DNA from: an uncultured delta proteobacterium
GTDB taxonomy: Bacteria > Myxococcota_A > Polyangia > Haliangiales > Haliangiaceae
Direction: 5' to 3'
DNA: 64,000 nucleotides
Assembly: GCA_963772655.1 (NCBI GenBank)
Contig: CAVYYE010000009.1
Coordinates: 214,343-278,342, forward strand
Positions 23,499 to 34,564 of this stretch are shown piece after piece (the first letter of the stretch is position 1; each line of letters starts with the position of its first letter). The notes below the pieces were generated by a model. The model was not told the origin of the DNA, did no database searches, and worked only from the letters and a program-made list of their open reading frames with translations. The position numbers and the translations under genes were made by a program.

Positions 23499-23831
23499 AT
23501 GCGCGAAGTCGTACTGCGCGATGACAACACCCCGACAGACCGACGCCGACTGACGGTGACGGTGCTGGACGACGGATCGTTGCGCATCGCAGGGGCGGAT
23601 CGTGGCGACGGCGTGGAACGATCGTTTGGCGACGGCGTGCGCGACTACCAGTGGACCACCGACGTGGCACCCGCCGACCTCCCGCGCCTGATCACGGCGC
23701 TCGGCGGGGTCGACGGCTCGGACGTGCTCGACGTGATCGAGGCGAGCTGCCGCGATCGACCGAGCCGACTCGAAGCGACGATCCACGAGCTCGGACTGAC
23801 CACGAAGTTCTGGAGCCGGATGGGCGACTAG
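23499..23831 (+). CDS. Hypothetical small protein (about 110 aa)
   Basis: GGAGGG RBS directly before the ATG. Coding-like composition. Confidence 0.45.
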   Translation: MREVVLRDDNTPTDRRRLTVTVLDDGSLRIAGADRGDGVERSFGDGVRDYQWTTDVAPADLPRLITALGGVDGSDVLDVIEASCRDRPSRLEATIHELGLTTKFWSRMGD

Positions 23832-23833
23832 CC

Positions 23834-24220
23834 CTACTTGGGAGTCATCACGAACCACCGCACGAGCGGCTCGTCGATCGTGAGCCGCACGTCCATCACC
23901 GAGCGCACCTCGGGCGCGTGGTCGACCTGTTGCCACGCGTAGATCCGCCCGCGATAGATGCCGAAGTGTGGCGCGTCGAGCATCAGGCTCGCGGTGACAC
24001 ACGGCGCGGATCTCGACAGCTGCGCACCGGCCTCGTCCTCGAGCTCGAGCACCACGCGATGTGGCTCGCCACAGTCCAGGGGGTCCCACGACGTCAACAC
24101 GCGCGCGACCGGTGGAGTGTCGGGTAACGGCGCATCGACGCACGCGGCGAAACCGCACCAGAACGCCAGCGACAGGAGGGACACACCACCGAAACAAACG
24201 ACATGACTCGCGATCCGCAT
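23834..24220 (-). CDS. Hypothetical secreted protein or lipoprotein
   Basis: N-terminal signal peptide with a Cys after a hydrophobic stretch (LSLAFWCGFAAC). Confidence 0.45.
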   Translation of the reverse strand: MRIASHVVCFGGVSLLSLAFWCGFAACVDAPLPDTPPVARVLTSWDPLDCGEPHRVVLELEDEAGAQLSRSAPCVTASLMLDAPHFGIYRGRIYAWQQVDHAPEVRSVMDVRLTIDEPLVRWFVMTPK

Positions 24221-24349
24221 GCCTCGCGGACGGGGCAAGCCACGTGCCCGGCCAGGAGCGCGAAATCAGGAGTGCACGTTGTCCGTGTCCGGCCGGCTTC
24301 CGGACACGCTGTCCGACCGGCGGACGACACCCGGTGGTATATCCCGATC

Positions 24350-25198
24350 ATGCTCGAAGGAAACCGCGAGGCGATCGAGGCGTGGAACACGGTGCTGTTC
24401 GACAAGTTCGTGGCGTTCCGCCGCGTGCTGATCACGATGCTCGGGGTTCACGGCAGCCGCGCCATGGATCGACTCGGCCTCGGACCCTCGGCGCGCGTGG
24501 TCGATATCGGGTGCGGGTTCGGCGACACCACGATCGAGCTCGCGAAGCGGATCGGACCGGAGGGCCGCGCCACCGGGCTCGATGCCGCCGAGAACTTCAT
24601 CGCCAACGGCCGCCGCGAAGCGGAGGGCGTGTCCAACGCGACGTTCGAGGTCGCCGACATCGAAGAGCACGTGCCCGGTGGCCCGTACGACGCGGCGTTC
24701 TCCCGGATGGGCACGATGTTCTTCGCCAGCCCGGTGATCGCCCTCCGGAATATTCGCAAGGCGCTCGCCCCGGGCGCTCCGCTGTGCATGGCGGTGTGGC
24801 GGAAGAAGGAATCCAATCCGTGCTTTCACCTCGCCGAGAACGTGGTGCTCGACATCCTCGGCCACCCCGACAAGGGTGACAACGTGACCTGCGGTCCGGG
24901 ACCGTTCTCGATGGCGAGCGCGGACCTGGTCTCCGAACAGCTGCTGGCGGCCGGGTTCTCCGCCCCGGAGTTCTCGCGCTCCGACGCCCGGGTCGCGATC
25001 GGGGACGACCTCGAGGAGGCGATCCAGTTCTCGCTGACGCTCGGCCCGGCGGGCGAGATCGTGCGGCTCGCTGGCGACGACGGGGCACGGCGACGCATCG
25101 AGGTCGCGGCCGCGATCGCCGAGGTCCTCCAGCCGTTCGTTCGACCGGACGGCGTGATCATGGATTCGTCCGTCTGGATCGTGACGGCGCGGGCCTGA
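24350..25198 (+). CDS. Class I SAM-dependent methyltransferase (Methyltransf_11/25-like)
   Basis: Motif I VVDIGCGFGDTT, then acidic motif II and motif III spacing. Confidence 0.8.
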   Translation: MLEGNREAIEAWNTVLFDKFVAFRRVLITMLGVHGSRAMDRLGLGPSARVVDIGCGFGDTTIELAKRIGPEGRATGLDAAENFIANGRREAEGVSNATFEVADIEEHVPGGPYDAAFSRMGTMFFASPVIALRNIRKALAPGAPLCMAVWRKKESNPCFHLAENVVLDILGHPDKGDNVTCGPGPFSMASADLVSEQLLAAGFSAPEFSRSDARVAIGDDLEEAIQFSLTLGPAGEIVRLAGDDGARRRIEVAAAIAEVLQPFVRPDGVIMDSSVWIVTARA

Positions 25199-25209
25199 GC
25201 TGTGTCACG

Positions 25210-26553
25210 ATGGCCGCAGTGCTGCGCTGGCCGGGGAATGTAGTCCACTTCATCTGGCTGGTGATCGTCGTACTGTTGTGCGGCATCACGTACGGCATCG
25301 CGCGACTCGGCATCGCGCTGTTCGTGTGGGGCCCCCGTCGCCCGCGCGCGCTCGCGACGCTGCGGGGCTGGATGCTCCGGCAGGCGATGACCACGCTCGG
25401 CGCGACGTTCATCAAGCTCGGCCAGGTGATGAGCACGCGTCCCGATCTGTTCGAGCCGCAGATCATCGACCAGCTGCGGCGCCTGCAGGATCGCCTGCCC
25501 CCGTTCTCGTTCCGCCGGGTGCGCCAGACGGTCGAGGCCGACCTGGGCAAGCCACTCGAAGAGGTGTTCGCCGAGTTCGACGACAAGCCGGTCGCCGCCG
25601 CCAGCGTCGCGCAGGTCCACCGTGCGCGACTGCGAGACGGCGGTCGCGAGGTCGCGGTCAAGGTGCTGCGACCCGGGGTCCGCCGGCAGGTCCGGCGCGA
25701 CAAGGCGATCCTGCTCGGTGGTGCACGGGTGCTCGCGTTGCGTCCGAAGTGGCGCGCCAACGATCCGGTCGGGCACACCGAGCACTTCGTCGACGCGATC
25801 TACAATCAGACCGACCTGAGGACCGAGGCCGCCAACTACACCCGGTTCCGCGACAACTTCGCGGGCAGACCCGGGGTGTCGTTCCCCGAGGTGCTCCCCG
25901 ACTTCTCGAGCGAGCGCGTCCTGACCATGGAGTTCGTGCGCGGCCACAAGGTCGACGACCTGCCCGAGGGCATGACCGCCGACGAGAAGGCCAAGATCGC
26001 CGAGGTCGTGCGGGTGTCGATGTTCAAGATGTGCTTCGAGGACGGCTTCGTGCACGCCGACCTCCACCCCGGCAACATGGTGGTGCAGGACGACGGCACG
26101 CTGGTGATTTTCGACGCCGGGCTCGCGAAGTTGCTGCACGAGGACGTGCTGATCCAGTTCATCGACATGACCAAGTGCCTGTCGATGGGCACGCCCGACG
26201 ATCTGGTCAACCACCTCAAGCGCTTCCACACCTACGTCGGCGAGATCGACTGGGAGACGCTGCGGGCGGAGGTCGCGGAGTTCGCGACCAAGTTCCGCGC
26301 CAAGGACGTCGCCAAGCTCGAGTACGGCGAGCTGATCGGCGAGATGTTCGCGATCGGTCGCAAGTACAAGGTGCGGCCGGTGACCGACATGATGCTGGTG
26401 TTCGTCGCGCTGATCACCGCGCAGGGCATCGGCAAGATGCTCGAGCCCGAGCACAACGTGTTCGCCACGGTCGCCCAGTTCCTGCTCCCGATCTTGATGA
26501 AGCGCAACGAACACATCCCCGACACCGACCTCGCGAAGGCAGCTCGGGCATGA
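25210..26553 (+). CDS. ABC1/UbiB-family atypical protein kinase
   Basis: N-terminal TM segment, then ASVAQVHRARL...EVAVKVLRPG, HADLHPGN and IFDAGL motifs of the ADCK/UbiB kinase family. Confidence 0.85.
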   Translation: MAAVLRWPGNVVHFIWLVIVVLLCGITYGIARLGIALFVWGPRRPRALATLRGWMLRQAMTTLGATFIKLGQVMSTRPDLFEPQIIDQLRRLQDRLPPFSFRRVRQTVEADLGKPLEEVFAEFDDKPVAAASVAQVHRARLRDGGREVAVKVLRPGVRRQVRRDKAILLGGARVLALRPKWRANDPVGHTEHFVDAIYNQTDLRTEAANYTRFRDNFAGRPGVSFPEVLPDFSSERVLTMEFVRGHKVDDLPEGMTADEKAKIAEVVRVSMFKMCFEDGFVHADLHPGNMVVQDDGTLVIFDAGLAKLLHEDVLIQFIDMTKCLSMGTPDDLVNHLKRFHTYVGEIDWETLRAEVAEFATKFRAKDVAKLEYGELIGEMFAIGRKYKVRPVTDMMLVFVALITAQGIGKMLEPEHNVFATVAQFLLPILMKRNEHIPDTDLAKAARA

Positions 26554-27599
26554 TGCGGGGAATGCCGCCCCGACTGCTCGCACTCGCATTCCCTGCCCTG
26601 CTCGTTGCCTGCGGTGGTGCCCCGGCACCGGCACCGACCACGCCGCCCGCCACCGCGACGCCCGCGACCACGCCGGCGGCATCACCGGCCTACGACCCGA
26701 AGCTCGCCGCTCCGACCGGATTCGCGACCTGCGATCTCGTCACCGTGCACGGCGGCGTGGTGGTGGCCTACGCGATCGAGGGTGGTGCGTTGCGCGAGAC
26801 CGGGCGCACCAAGCTGGCCACCAACGACGACGACGAGCTGATGCTTGATCCCCACATCGGCCAAGGTGACTTCGCGAATCGCGATCACCTGTTCCTCACG
26901 ATCGGCGAGCGCGATGTCGCGCAGGTGACCGCCGGTGGAGTGGCCCACGTGACGGTTCCTCCGCCGAGCGCGTTCGATCGTCCCAAGCCCACCGACGGTG
27001 AAAACACGGATCCGGGCGCGCTCTCGGCGCCTCGCACCGGCCTCGTGATCAGCGAGGGGGCCGCGTGGTGGTCGCAGTGTCCATGGGGATTGGCCGCCGA
27101 CGGCTTCCAGTGCAGCTCGTACGTCCACGCCCGGCTGTGGCCGACGACAGCGCTCGAGCTCGACAAGCCGGCGTTGCCCGCGCATCACTTCGCGTGGCCG
27201 ACCGCGCCGGCCGGCTACCTGGCGAAACCGATCAAGGGGACCTATCGCTCGATCGCGTGCCAGCCACCGAAAGGCGCGACCGTGACCCTCGGAGCCAACC
27301 CCGACGACACCGACGAGGAGATCGATGGCACGCACTGGATCTCGACCGAGCCACCGCTGTTGCTCGTGATCTACGGTCACGCCGGGCTCGCCGACCTGAT
27401 TCCGGATCGCTGGACGCTTCACGCCGGCTGCACCGAAGCCCCGATCGCCAGCGGCACCACGGCGGAGCCGGGCCCGAACGGCCTGTGGCTCGGGCGCGTG
27501 GGTGAAGACGACGCGGCTCACCAGTTCGTGTATCGCGGCACCACCAAGCTCGGCGAGGTGCCGGCCGGCGTGACGGTGCTGTTCCGCCCGGCGAAGTGA
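26550..27599 (+). CDS. Hypothetical lipoprotein
   Basis: Lipobox LLVACGG followed by an Ala/Pro/Thr-rich linker. The ATG overlaps the upstream stop (ATGATG). Confidence 0.6.
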   Translation: MMRGMPPRLLALAFPALLVACGGAPAPAPTTPPATATPATTPAASPAYDPKLAAPTGFATCDLVTVHGGVVVAYAIEGGALRETGRTKLATNDDDELMLDPHIGQGDFANRDHLFLTIGERDVAQVTAGGVAHVTVPPPSAFDRPKPTDGENTDPGALSAPRTGLVISEGAAWWSQCPWGLAADGFQCSSYVHARLWPTTALELDKPALPAHHFAWPTAPAGYLAKPIKGTYRSIACQPPKGATVTLGANPDDTDEEIDGTHWISTEPPLLLVIYGHAGLADLIPDRWTLHAGCTEAPIASGTTAEPGPNGLWLGRVGEDDAAHQFVYRGTTKLGEVPAGVTVLFRPAK

Positions 27600-27707
27600 C
27601 GCGGTAGCGCGAGCTCGCGAGCGCGTTCCGTACAGGGAGCGCTTCGCCCGCCGATCATGCGACGGAGGCTGCAAGCGTACCGAGCGAGCGGTACGCCCGA
27701 CAGGCTC

Positions 27708-29282
<1,575 letters not shown>

Positions 29283-29360
29283 CTATCTTCTAGGATAACT
29301 TTATATATGGTTGGCTAGCACGGGATCCGCTAACTCCGCGAGCTCGCAGGAACCGCTGGG

Positions 29361-29376
29361 TGGTACGAGCGCTGCA
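29361..29376 (+). promoter_or_regulatory. Candidate sigma-54 (-24/-12) promoter for rtcB: TGGTACGAGCGCTGCA
   Basis: GG-N10-GC spacing is exact, and 12 of 14 defined consensus positions (TGGCACG-N4-TTGCW) match. It lies 17 nt upstream of the rtcB ATG, with the divergent RtcR activator gene adjacent. Confidence 0.5.
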
Positions 29377-29392
29377 ATTCGGTTCGTTCGCC

Positions 29393-30628
29393 ATGACGAA
29401 CTACCAGCTCCTCGACACCCCCAACGTTCCCATCAAGGCGTGGACGAACGGCGTGCCGTTCGAGGCCGAGGCCGCAGCGCAGCTGCGCCAGATCGCGTCG
29501 CTACCGTTCATCCACCAGTGGGTCGCGGTGATGCCCGACGTCCATGCCGGTATCGGTGCGACGGTCGGCTCGGTGATCGCGTGCCGTCGTGCGGTGATCC
29601 CGGCGGCGGTCGGCGTCGACATCGGCTGCGGCATGATGGCGGTCAAGACGTCGCTGCGTGCGGACCAGTTGCCGGACGACCTCCGGCCGCTGCGGCTCGC
29701 GATCGAGGCGGCGGTCCCGCACGGTCGTACCGATCGCGGCGCGTCCAACGATCGCGGTGCGCATCCGACCGATGCCGTGCCGGCGCGCGTCGCCGCGGCG
29801 TGGGCACAGCTCGAGCCGGGCTACGCCCGGATCGCGGCGGACCATCAGAGCGCGCAGAGCGCACGGCGCGTCCACCAGCTCGGTACGCTCGGCACGGGTA
29901 ACCACTTCATCGAGGTGTGTTTGGACGCGGAGCCTGCGACGAATGGAAATGTCTGGGTGATGCTGCACTCGGGCTCGCGCGGTATCGGCAACCGGATCGG
30001 CTCGTACTTCATCGAGCGCGCGAAGGCAGAGATGCGGCGCTGGTTCGTGAACCTGCCGGATGCGGCCCTCGCGTACCTGCCGCAGGGTAGCGAGCTGTTC
30101 GACGACTACCTGCACGCGGTCGCGTGGGCGCAGGACTACGCGCGCACCAACCGCGAGCTGATGATGCACGCGACGATCGAGGCCCTCCGCGGCGCCGGCT
30201 TGCCGGCGTTCACGGCGCACCTCGAGGCCGTGAACTGCCACCACAACTACGTGGCGTTCGAGCATCACTACGGCGAGAACGTGATCGTGACCCGCAAGGG
30301 CGCGGTCCGGGCGCGTGCGGGTGAGCTCGGCATCATCCCGGGCTCGATGGGCGCGAAGTCGTTCATCGTGCGCGGCAAGGGTAACGCCGAGTCGTTCTGC
30401 TCGTGTTCGCACGGCGCGGGCCGTACGATGTCGCGCACCAAGGCCAAGAAGGTGTTCACGCTCGACGACCACGCGAAGGCGACGGCGGGCGTGGAGTGCC
30501 GCAAGGATGCCGAGGTGCTCGACGAGACGCCCGGCGCGTACAAGGCGATCGACGACGTGATGGCGGCACAGGCCGACCTCGTCGACATCGTGTACACGCT
30601 CAAGCAGGTCGTTTGCGTGAAGGGATAG
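29393..30628 (+). CDS. rtcB: RNA-splicing ligase RtcB (3'-phosphate/2',3'-cyclic phosphate to 5'-OH RNA ligase)
   Basis: MTNYQLLDTPNVPIKAWTNGVPFEAEA, MPDVHAGIGATVGSV, GVDIGCGM, NHFIEVC, HSGSRGIGN, CHHNYV and HGAGR are all hallmark RtcB motifs. Confidence 0.95.
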   Translation: MTNYQLLDTPNVPIKAWTNGVPFEAEAAAQLRQIASLPFIHQWVAVMPDVHAGIGATVGSVIACRRAVIPAAVGVDIGCGMMAVKTSLRADQLPDDLRPLRLAIEAAVPHGRTDRGASNDRGAHPTDAVPARVAAAWAQLEPGYARIAADHQSAQSARRVHQLGTLGTGNHFIEVCLDAEPATNGNVWVMLHSGSRGIGNRIGSYFIERAKAEMRRWFVNLPDAALAYLPQGSELFDDYLHAVAWAQDYARTNRELMMHATIEALRGAGLPAFTAHLEAVNCHHNYVAFEHHYGENVIVTRKGAVRARAGELGIIPGSMGAKSFIVRGKGNAESFCSCSHGAGRTMSRTKAKKVFTLDDHAKATAGVECRKDAEVLDETPGAYKAIDDVMAAQADLVDIVYTLKQVVCVKG

Positions 30629-30730
30629 CCGTGCTAACCATCCCCGCCCTCGCGTGATCGCGGGTCGTCGTTCATCGACGACGGCTCTCGCAGATCACCG
30701 ACGGCGGCGCTGTTTTTCAGGAGTCATCCG

Positions 30731-33271
30731 ATGTCCAAGGCATCGATCGATCGTCGCGCGACCAAGCGGGCGAAGGAGGAAACTGTCATGAGCGAGACGC
30801 AGAAGCGGGACCTCGTACTGCCGCCCGGCAGCTACGCGTACATGCAGGACGTCACCAAGGGCGTCATCAAGACCTACACGGGTCCGACGGTGATCAACCC
30901 GACCGCGCAGGAGCGGCCGGTGATCTACGACGCCGAGGTCGGTGCGTTCTCGAGCGCCGCGTCGCTCGAGGATGCGATGCGGCTGTCGCCGATCGCGCCC
31001 GAGGGTTTCTACGTGATCCTGCGCAACCCGGCGAAGGGCAACAAGCATCCCGAGGAGGGCAGCGCGCAGCCGAGCGCCGACCAGGAGATTGGTCGCACGA
31101 TCATCGTGCCCGGTCCGGCGACGTTCGCGTTGTGGCCGGGCCAGGCGGCCGAGGTCGTCGAGGGCCACCACCTGCGTTCGAACCAGTACCTCCTGGTGCG
31201 CGTGTACAACGAGGAGGAGGCACAGCGGAACTGGAGCAAGGCGGTCGTCAAGCCGGCCGCCGAGTCGGCCGTCACCGAGCCCGCGGAGGTCATCGCGACG
31301 CCGCCCGATCTCACGGTCGGCAAGCAGCTGATCATCCGCGGCACGGAGGTGTCGTTCTACATCCCGCCGACCGGCGTCGAGGTCGTGCGCGAGGGCGAGA
31401 GCTACGCGCGCGAGGCGCTCACGCTCGAGCGGCTCGAGTACGCGATCCTCGTCGACGAGAACGGCAAGAAGCGCTACGAGGTCGGTCCGCAGGTGGTGTT
31501 CCCGCTGCCGACGGAGCGCTTCGTCGAGGCGTACGACGGCGGCCGGACCAGCAAGAAGTTCCGGGCGGTCGAGCTCAACGAGATCCAGGGCCTCCACATC
31601 AAGGTGATCGCGGACTACACCGAGCACGGCGTGGTCCACCACACCGGCGACGAGCTGTTCATCACCGGCAAGGACACGGCGATCTACTTCCCGCGCGAGG
31701 AGCACTCGGCGATCAAGTACGACGGCAAGGCCAAGCACTTCGCGACCGCGATCCCCGCGGGCGAGGCGCGCTACGTGATGGAGCGCCTGAGCGGCGAGAT
31801 CCGCACCGTGCGCGGTCCGGCGATGCTGTTGCCCGATCCTCGTCGTGAGGTGATCGTGCGGCGTGCGCTGTCCGCGCGCGAATGTGCCCTGTGGTACCCG
31901 GGCAACAACGACGCGCTGACCTACAACGCGAGCCTGCGGAGCCTGCTCCACCACGTGCCGACCACGCGGCGGGGCGCGGTGTCCGAGGGCGAGGTCGAGC
32001 GTGCCGGTCGGCGTGCGGCGAAGCACGGCGTCAACCTCCACATGGAGGCGAGCCGGGTGTCGGGCGATCAGGCACTGATCGCCGACGAGTTCTCGCGTGC
32101 GAGCACGTACACCCAGCCGCGGACGATCACGCTCGACACCAAGTACCAGGGTGCGCCGCAGATCGCGGTGTGGACCGGCTACGCCGTGCTGGTGACCTCG
32201 AAGACCGGTCGCCGGCGCGTCGAGGTCGGCCCGACGACGATCCTGCTCGACTACGACGAGACCCTCGAGGTGTTGTCGCTGTCGACCGGCATGCCGAAGT
32301 CGGCGGCCGAGCTGCTCGAGACGCCGTACCTGCGGATCGACAACAACCACGTCTCGGACGTGGTGACGGTCGAGACGTCGGATCACGTCCAGGCGCAGCT
32401 CCAGCTGACCTACCGCACCCGGTTCGAGGGCGATCCGCTCGCGTGGTTCACCGTCGAGAACTACGTCAAGCTGCTGTGCGACCACACGCGCTCGCTGCTC
32501 AAGGGCGAGATCCGGAAGCTGTCGATCGAGGCGTTCTACGCCGGTGCGACCGACCGCATTCGCGAGCTCGTGCTCGGAACGGGCGAGACCAAGGGCCTCG
32601 TGTTCGACAACGGCCTGCGGGTGATCGATGTCGACGTGGTCGGCGTGACGCTGACCGACGACACGATCCGCGCGCTGGTCGAGGAGGCGCAGCACGACGC
32701 CGTGCGCGATAGCGTGGTGCTGTCCGGTCTGAGCCGCGAGCTCGCGGTCACCAAGCAGCGCGAGCAGCTGAGCCGCGAGACCGCCGAGGTCCAGGCCGCG
32801 ACCAAGCTCAAGACCGACGAGCTCGCCCGCGAGGTCGCCGCCAGCGAGCTGGCCACCGCGCTCGCGCGGATCGCGAGCTCGCTGCGCGAGACCGGCGAGC
32901 GCCGCAAGCTGGTCGAGAGCGAGGTCGAGATCGACGCGCTCAAGACCGGTGCGCGGCTCGAGCGGGTCAAGCGCGAGCGCGATCAGGAGCTGGCGTTCGC
33001 CGCGCTCGAGCAGGACAAGCACGTCGAGCTGCTGCGCGTCGAGGCCGAGACCGCCGTCCAGCGGTTTTCCGCCGTGTCGGGCAACTTCAGCGAGGCCCTC
33101 CTCGCGCTCGGCCGGCACGAGACGCTGGTCAAGGTGGCGGAGGCGTGGAACACGCAGCGCATCGTCGAGGGCGAGTCGCTCGGCGACACCCTGTCGCGGC
33201 TGTTCCACAACACGCCGCTCAAGGTGCTGGTCGACCAGCTGGTCGTGCGCGGTAACGGCGCGGCCGACTGA
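30731..33271 (+). CDS. Major vault protein (MVP) homolog with vault-repeat domains, shoulder domain and cap-helix coiled coil. An alternative start at 30788 has an AGGAGG RBS.
   Basis: Recalled alignment to human MVP: [18 protein letters not shown] vs [41 protein letters not shown] vs [74 protein letters not shown] vs [51 protein letters not shown]; and a long Ala/Glu/Arg-rich coiled coil near the C-terminus. Confidence 0.88.
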   Translation: [846 protein letters not shown]

Positions 33272-33298
33272 GCGGGCGGTCCCGGCTCGCCCCGGTCA

Positions 33299-34489
33299 TC
33301 AGTGCTCGTCGGCACCGATGTCCGGGGCCGCTCCGGCGGGCCGGACGTCGCCGTCGATGTCGTCGGTGATGTCGATGATCGCGATCCCCTTGTCGATCGC
33401 GTCGCTGCCGTCCATCAAGCGATAGAACGTCGGATCCGAGATCGTGTCGAGCGACGTGGTCTGGAACTGCGGGTTGCCGGAGATGTTGCCGATGCCCGGA
33501 GGAAACGGCGTCGTCGTGTTGTCGAACAACGAATGATCGAACGTGCATAGGGGGTCGAGCGCGTTACCGGCCACGATGTTGTTGCTGGCCGAAAACCCCG
33601 CGCTGCACGACACCCCGGTGGTCGCGAGGGAGGTGTTGTTGGCGATCGTGTCGAACACGATCCGAGACCCCGGTCCCGCTCCCTGGACGGCCAGCCCGCC
33701 GACATTGGAGGTCGCCGTCCCGTTGCCGGCGATCACCGAGTTCGAGATGTCGACGACGGTATCGGAGGTCGACACCCCGCCGCCCTGGTTTCCCGCCACG
33801 ATGCAGTGCCGCATCACGAGCGAACCTTTCGACGTGGTGACCCCGAGGCCGGTGCTCGTGACCGCGGTGATGCGATCGAGCGAGAGGTTCGAGCTGGTCG
33901 TCGAGATCGCGTCGCCGTTGGCCTGCACGATCAGGTCCGCGATCGCGACCTGGGGGGCGCCGATCGACAGTGCTGGACCCGCCTCCGAGCGCACCAATCC
34001 CGCGCCGGGCTCCGCGACGATCGTGACGTCGCGCGAGATCAGGACCGCGGCGTTCGTCATCAGCACGCCCTCGACCTTGATCACCGGCTTGGTGGTGCCG
34101 AGGGCGGTCGTCAGCGAGTTACAGGGAAGGATCCGCGTGCAGCTCAGCCCGATGCCGTTGGCCGCGACGTACGCGACCTCGGACATGGCGGCGCACGCCC
34201 CGTCGACCAGACACGCATTGGAGGCGCACTCGGCGTGTGCGGCGCATGGGTGACAGGTGTCGTCGGTGCCGCACACGGGCGTGGTGCCGGTGCAAGCCCC
34301 CGGTAGCGCGGGCGTGCACTCGACGCAGCCGCGCAGCGGATCGCACACGCCCGGCGAGCACTCCTCGCCGCACGCGGTGTTCGTGGCATCGCCGCGCACG
34401 GGCTCCTCGAACCCCAGGATCTGGCGGCACCCGACGAGCACCACGAGCCAGACCATCCAGCGCATCTCGCGATCGTACACCACGGCCAT
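33299..34489 (-). CDS. Right-handed parallel beta-helix repeat lipoprotein with an N-terminal Cys-rich region
   Basis: Signal peptide and lipobox MRWMVWLVVLVGC. Cys-rich segment CGEECSPGVCDPLRGCVECT..., then repeated Gly/Asn/Thr-rich beta-helix rungs (IVAGNQGGGVS, VIAGNGTATSN). The upstream part of ORF 33299..35575 is an artefact. Confidence 0.7.
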   Translation of the reverse strand: MAVVYDREMRWMVWLVVLVGCRQILGFEEPVRGDATNTACGEECSPGVCDPLRGCVECTPALPGACTGTTPVCGTDDTCHPCAAHAECASNACLVDGACAAMSEVAYVAANGIGLSCTRILPCNSLTTALGTTKPVIKVEGVLMTNAAVLISRDVTIVAEPGAGLVRSEAGPALSIGAPQVAIADLIVQANGDAISTTSSNLSLDRITAVTSTGLGVTTSKGSLVMRHCIVAGNQGGGVSTSDTVVDISNSVIAGNGTATSNVGGLAVQGAGPGSRIVFDTIANNTSLATTGVSCSAGFSASNNIVAGNALDPLCTFDHSLFDNTTTPFPPGIGNISGNPQFQTTSLDTISDPTFYRLMDGSDAIDKGIAIIDITDDIDGDVRPAGAAPDIGADEH

Positions 34490-34564
34490 CGAGCCGGTGT
34501 CGTCCACCTCACATGCCGCGAAGCTCGACCGTCCGTGCTCGCGTGCATGCAGTACCATCCGGTC

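Noticed and set aside
30695-33208. 837-aa antisense ORF opposite the MVP gene
   Set aside because: The plus-strand frame aligns with MVP along its whole length, and the minus frame is low complexity.
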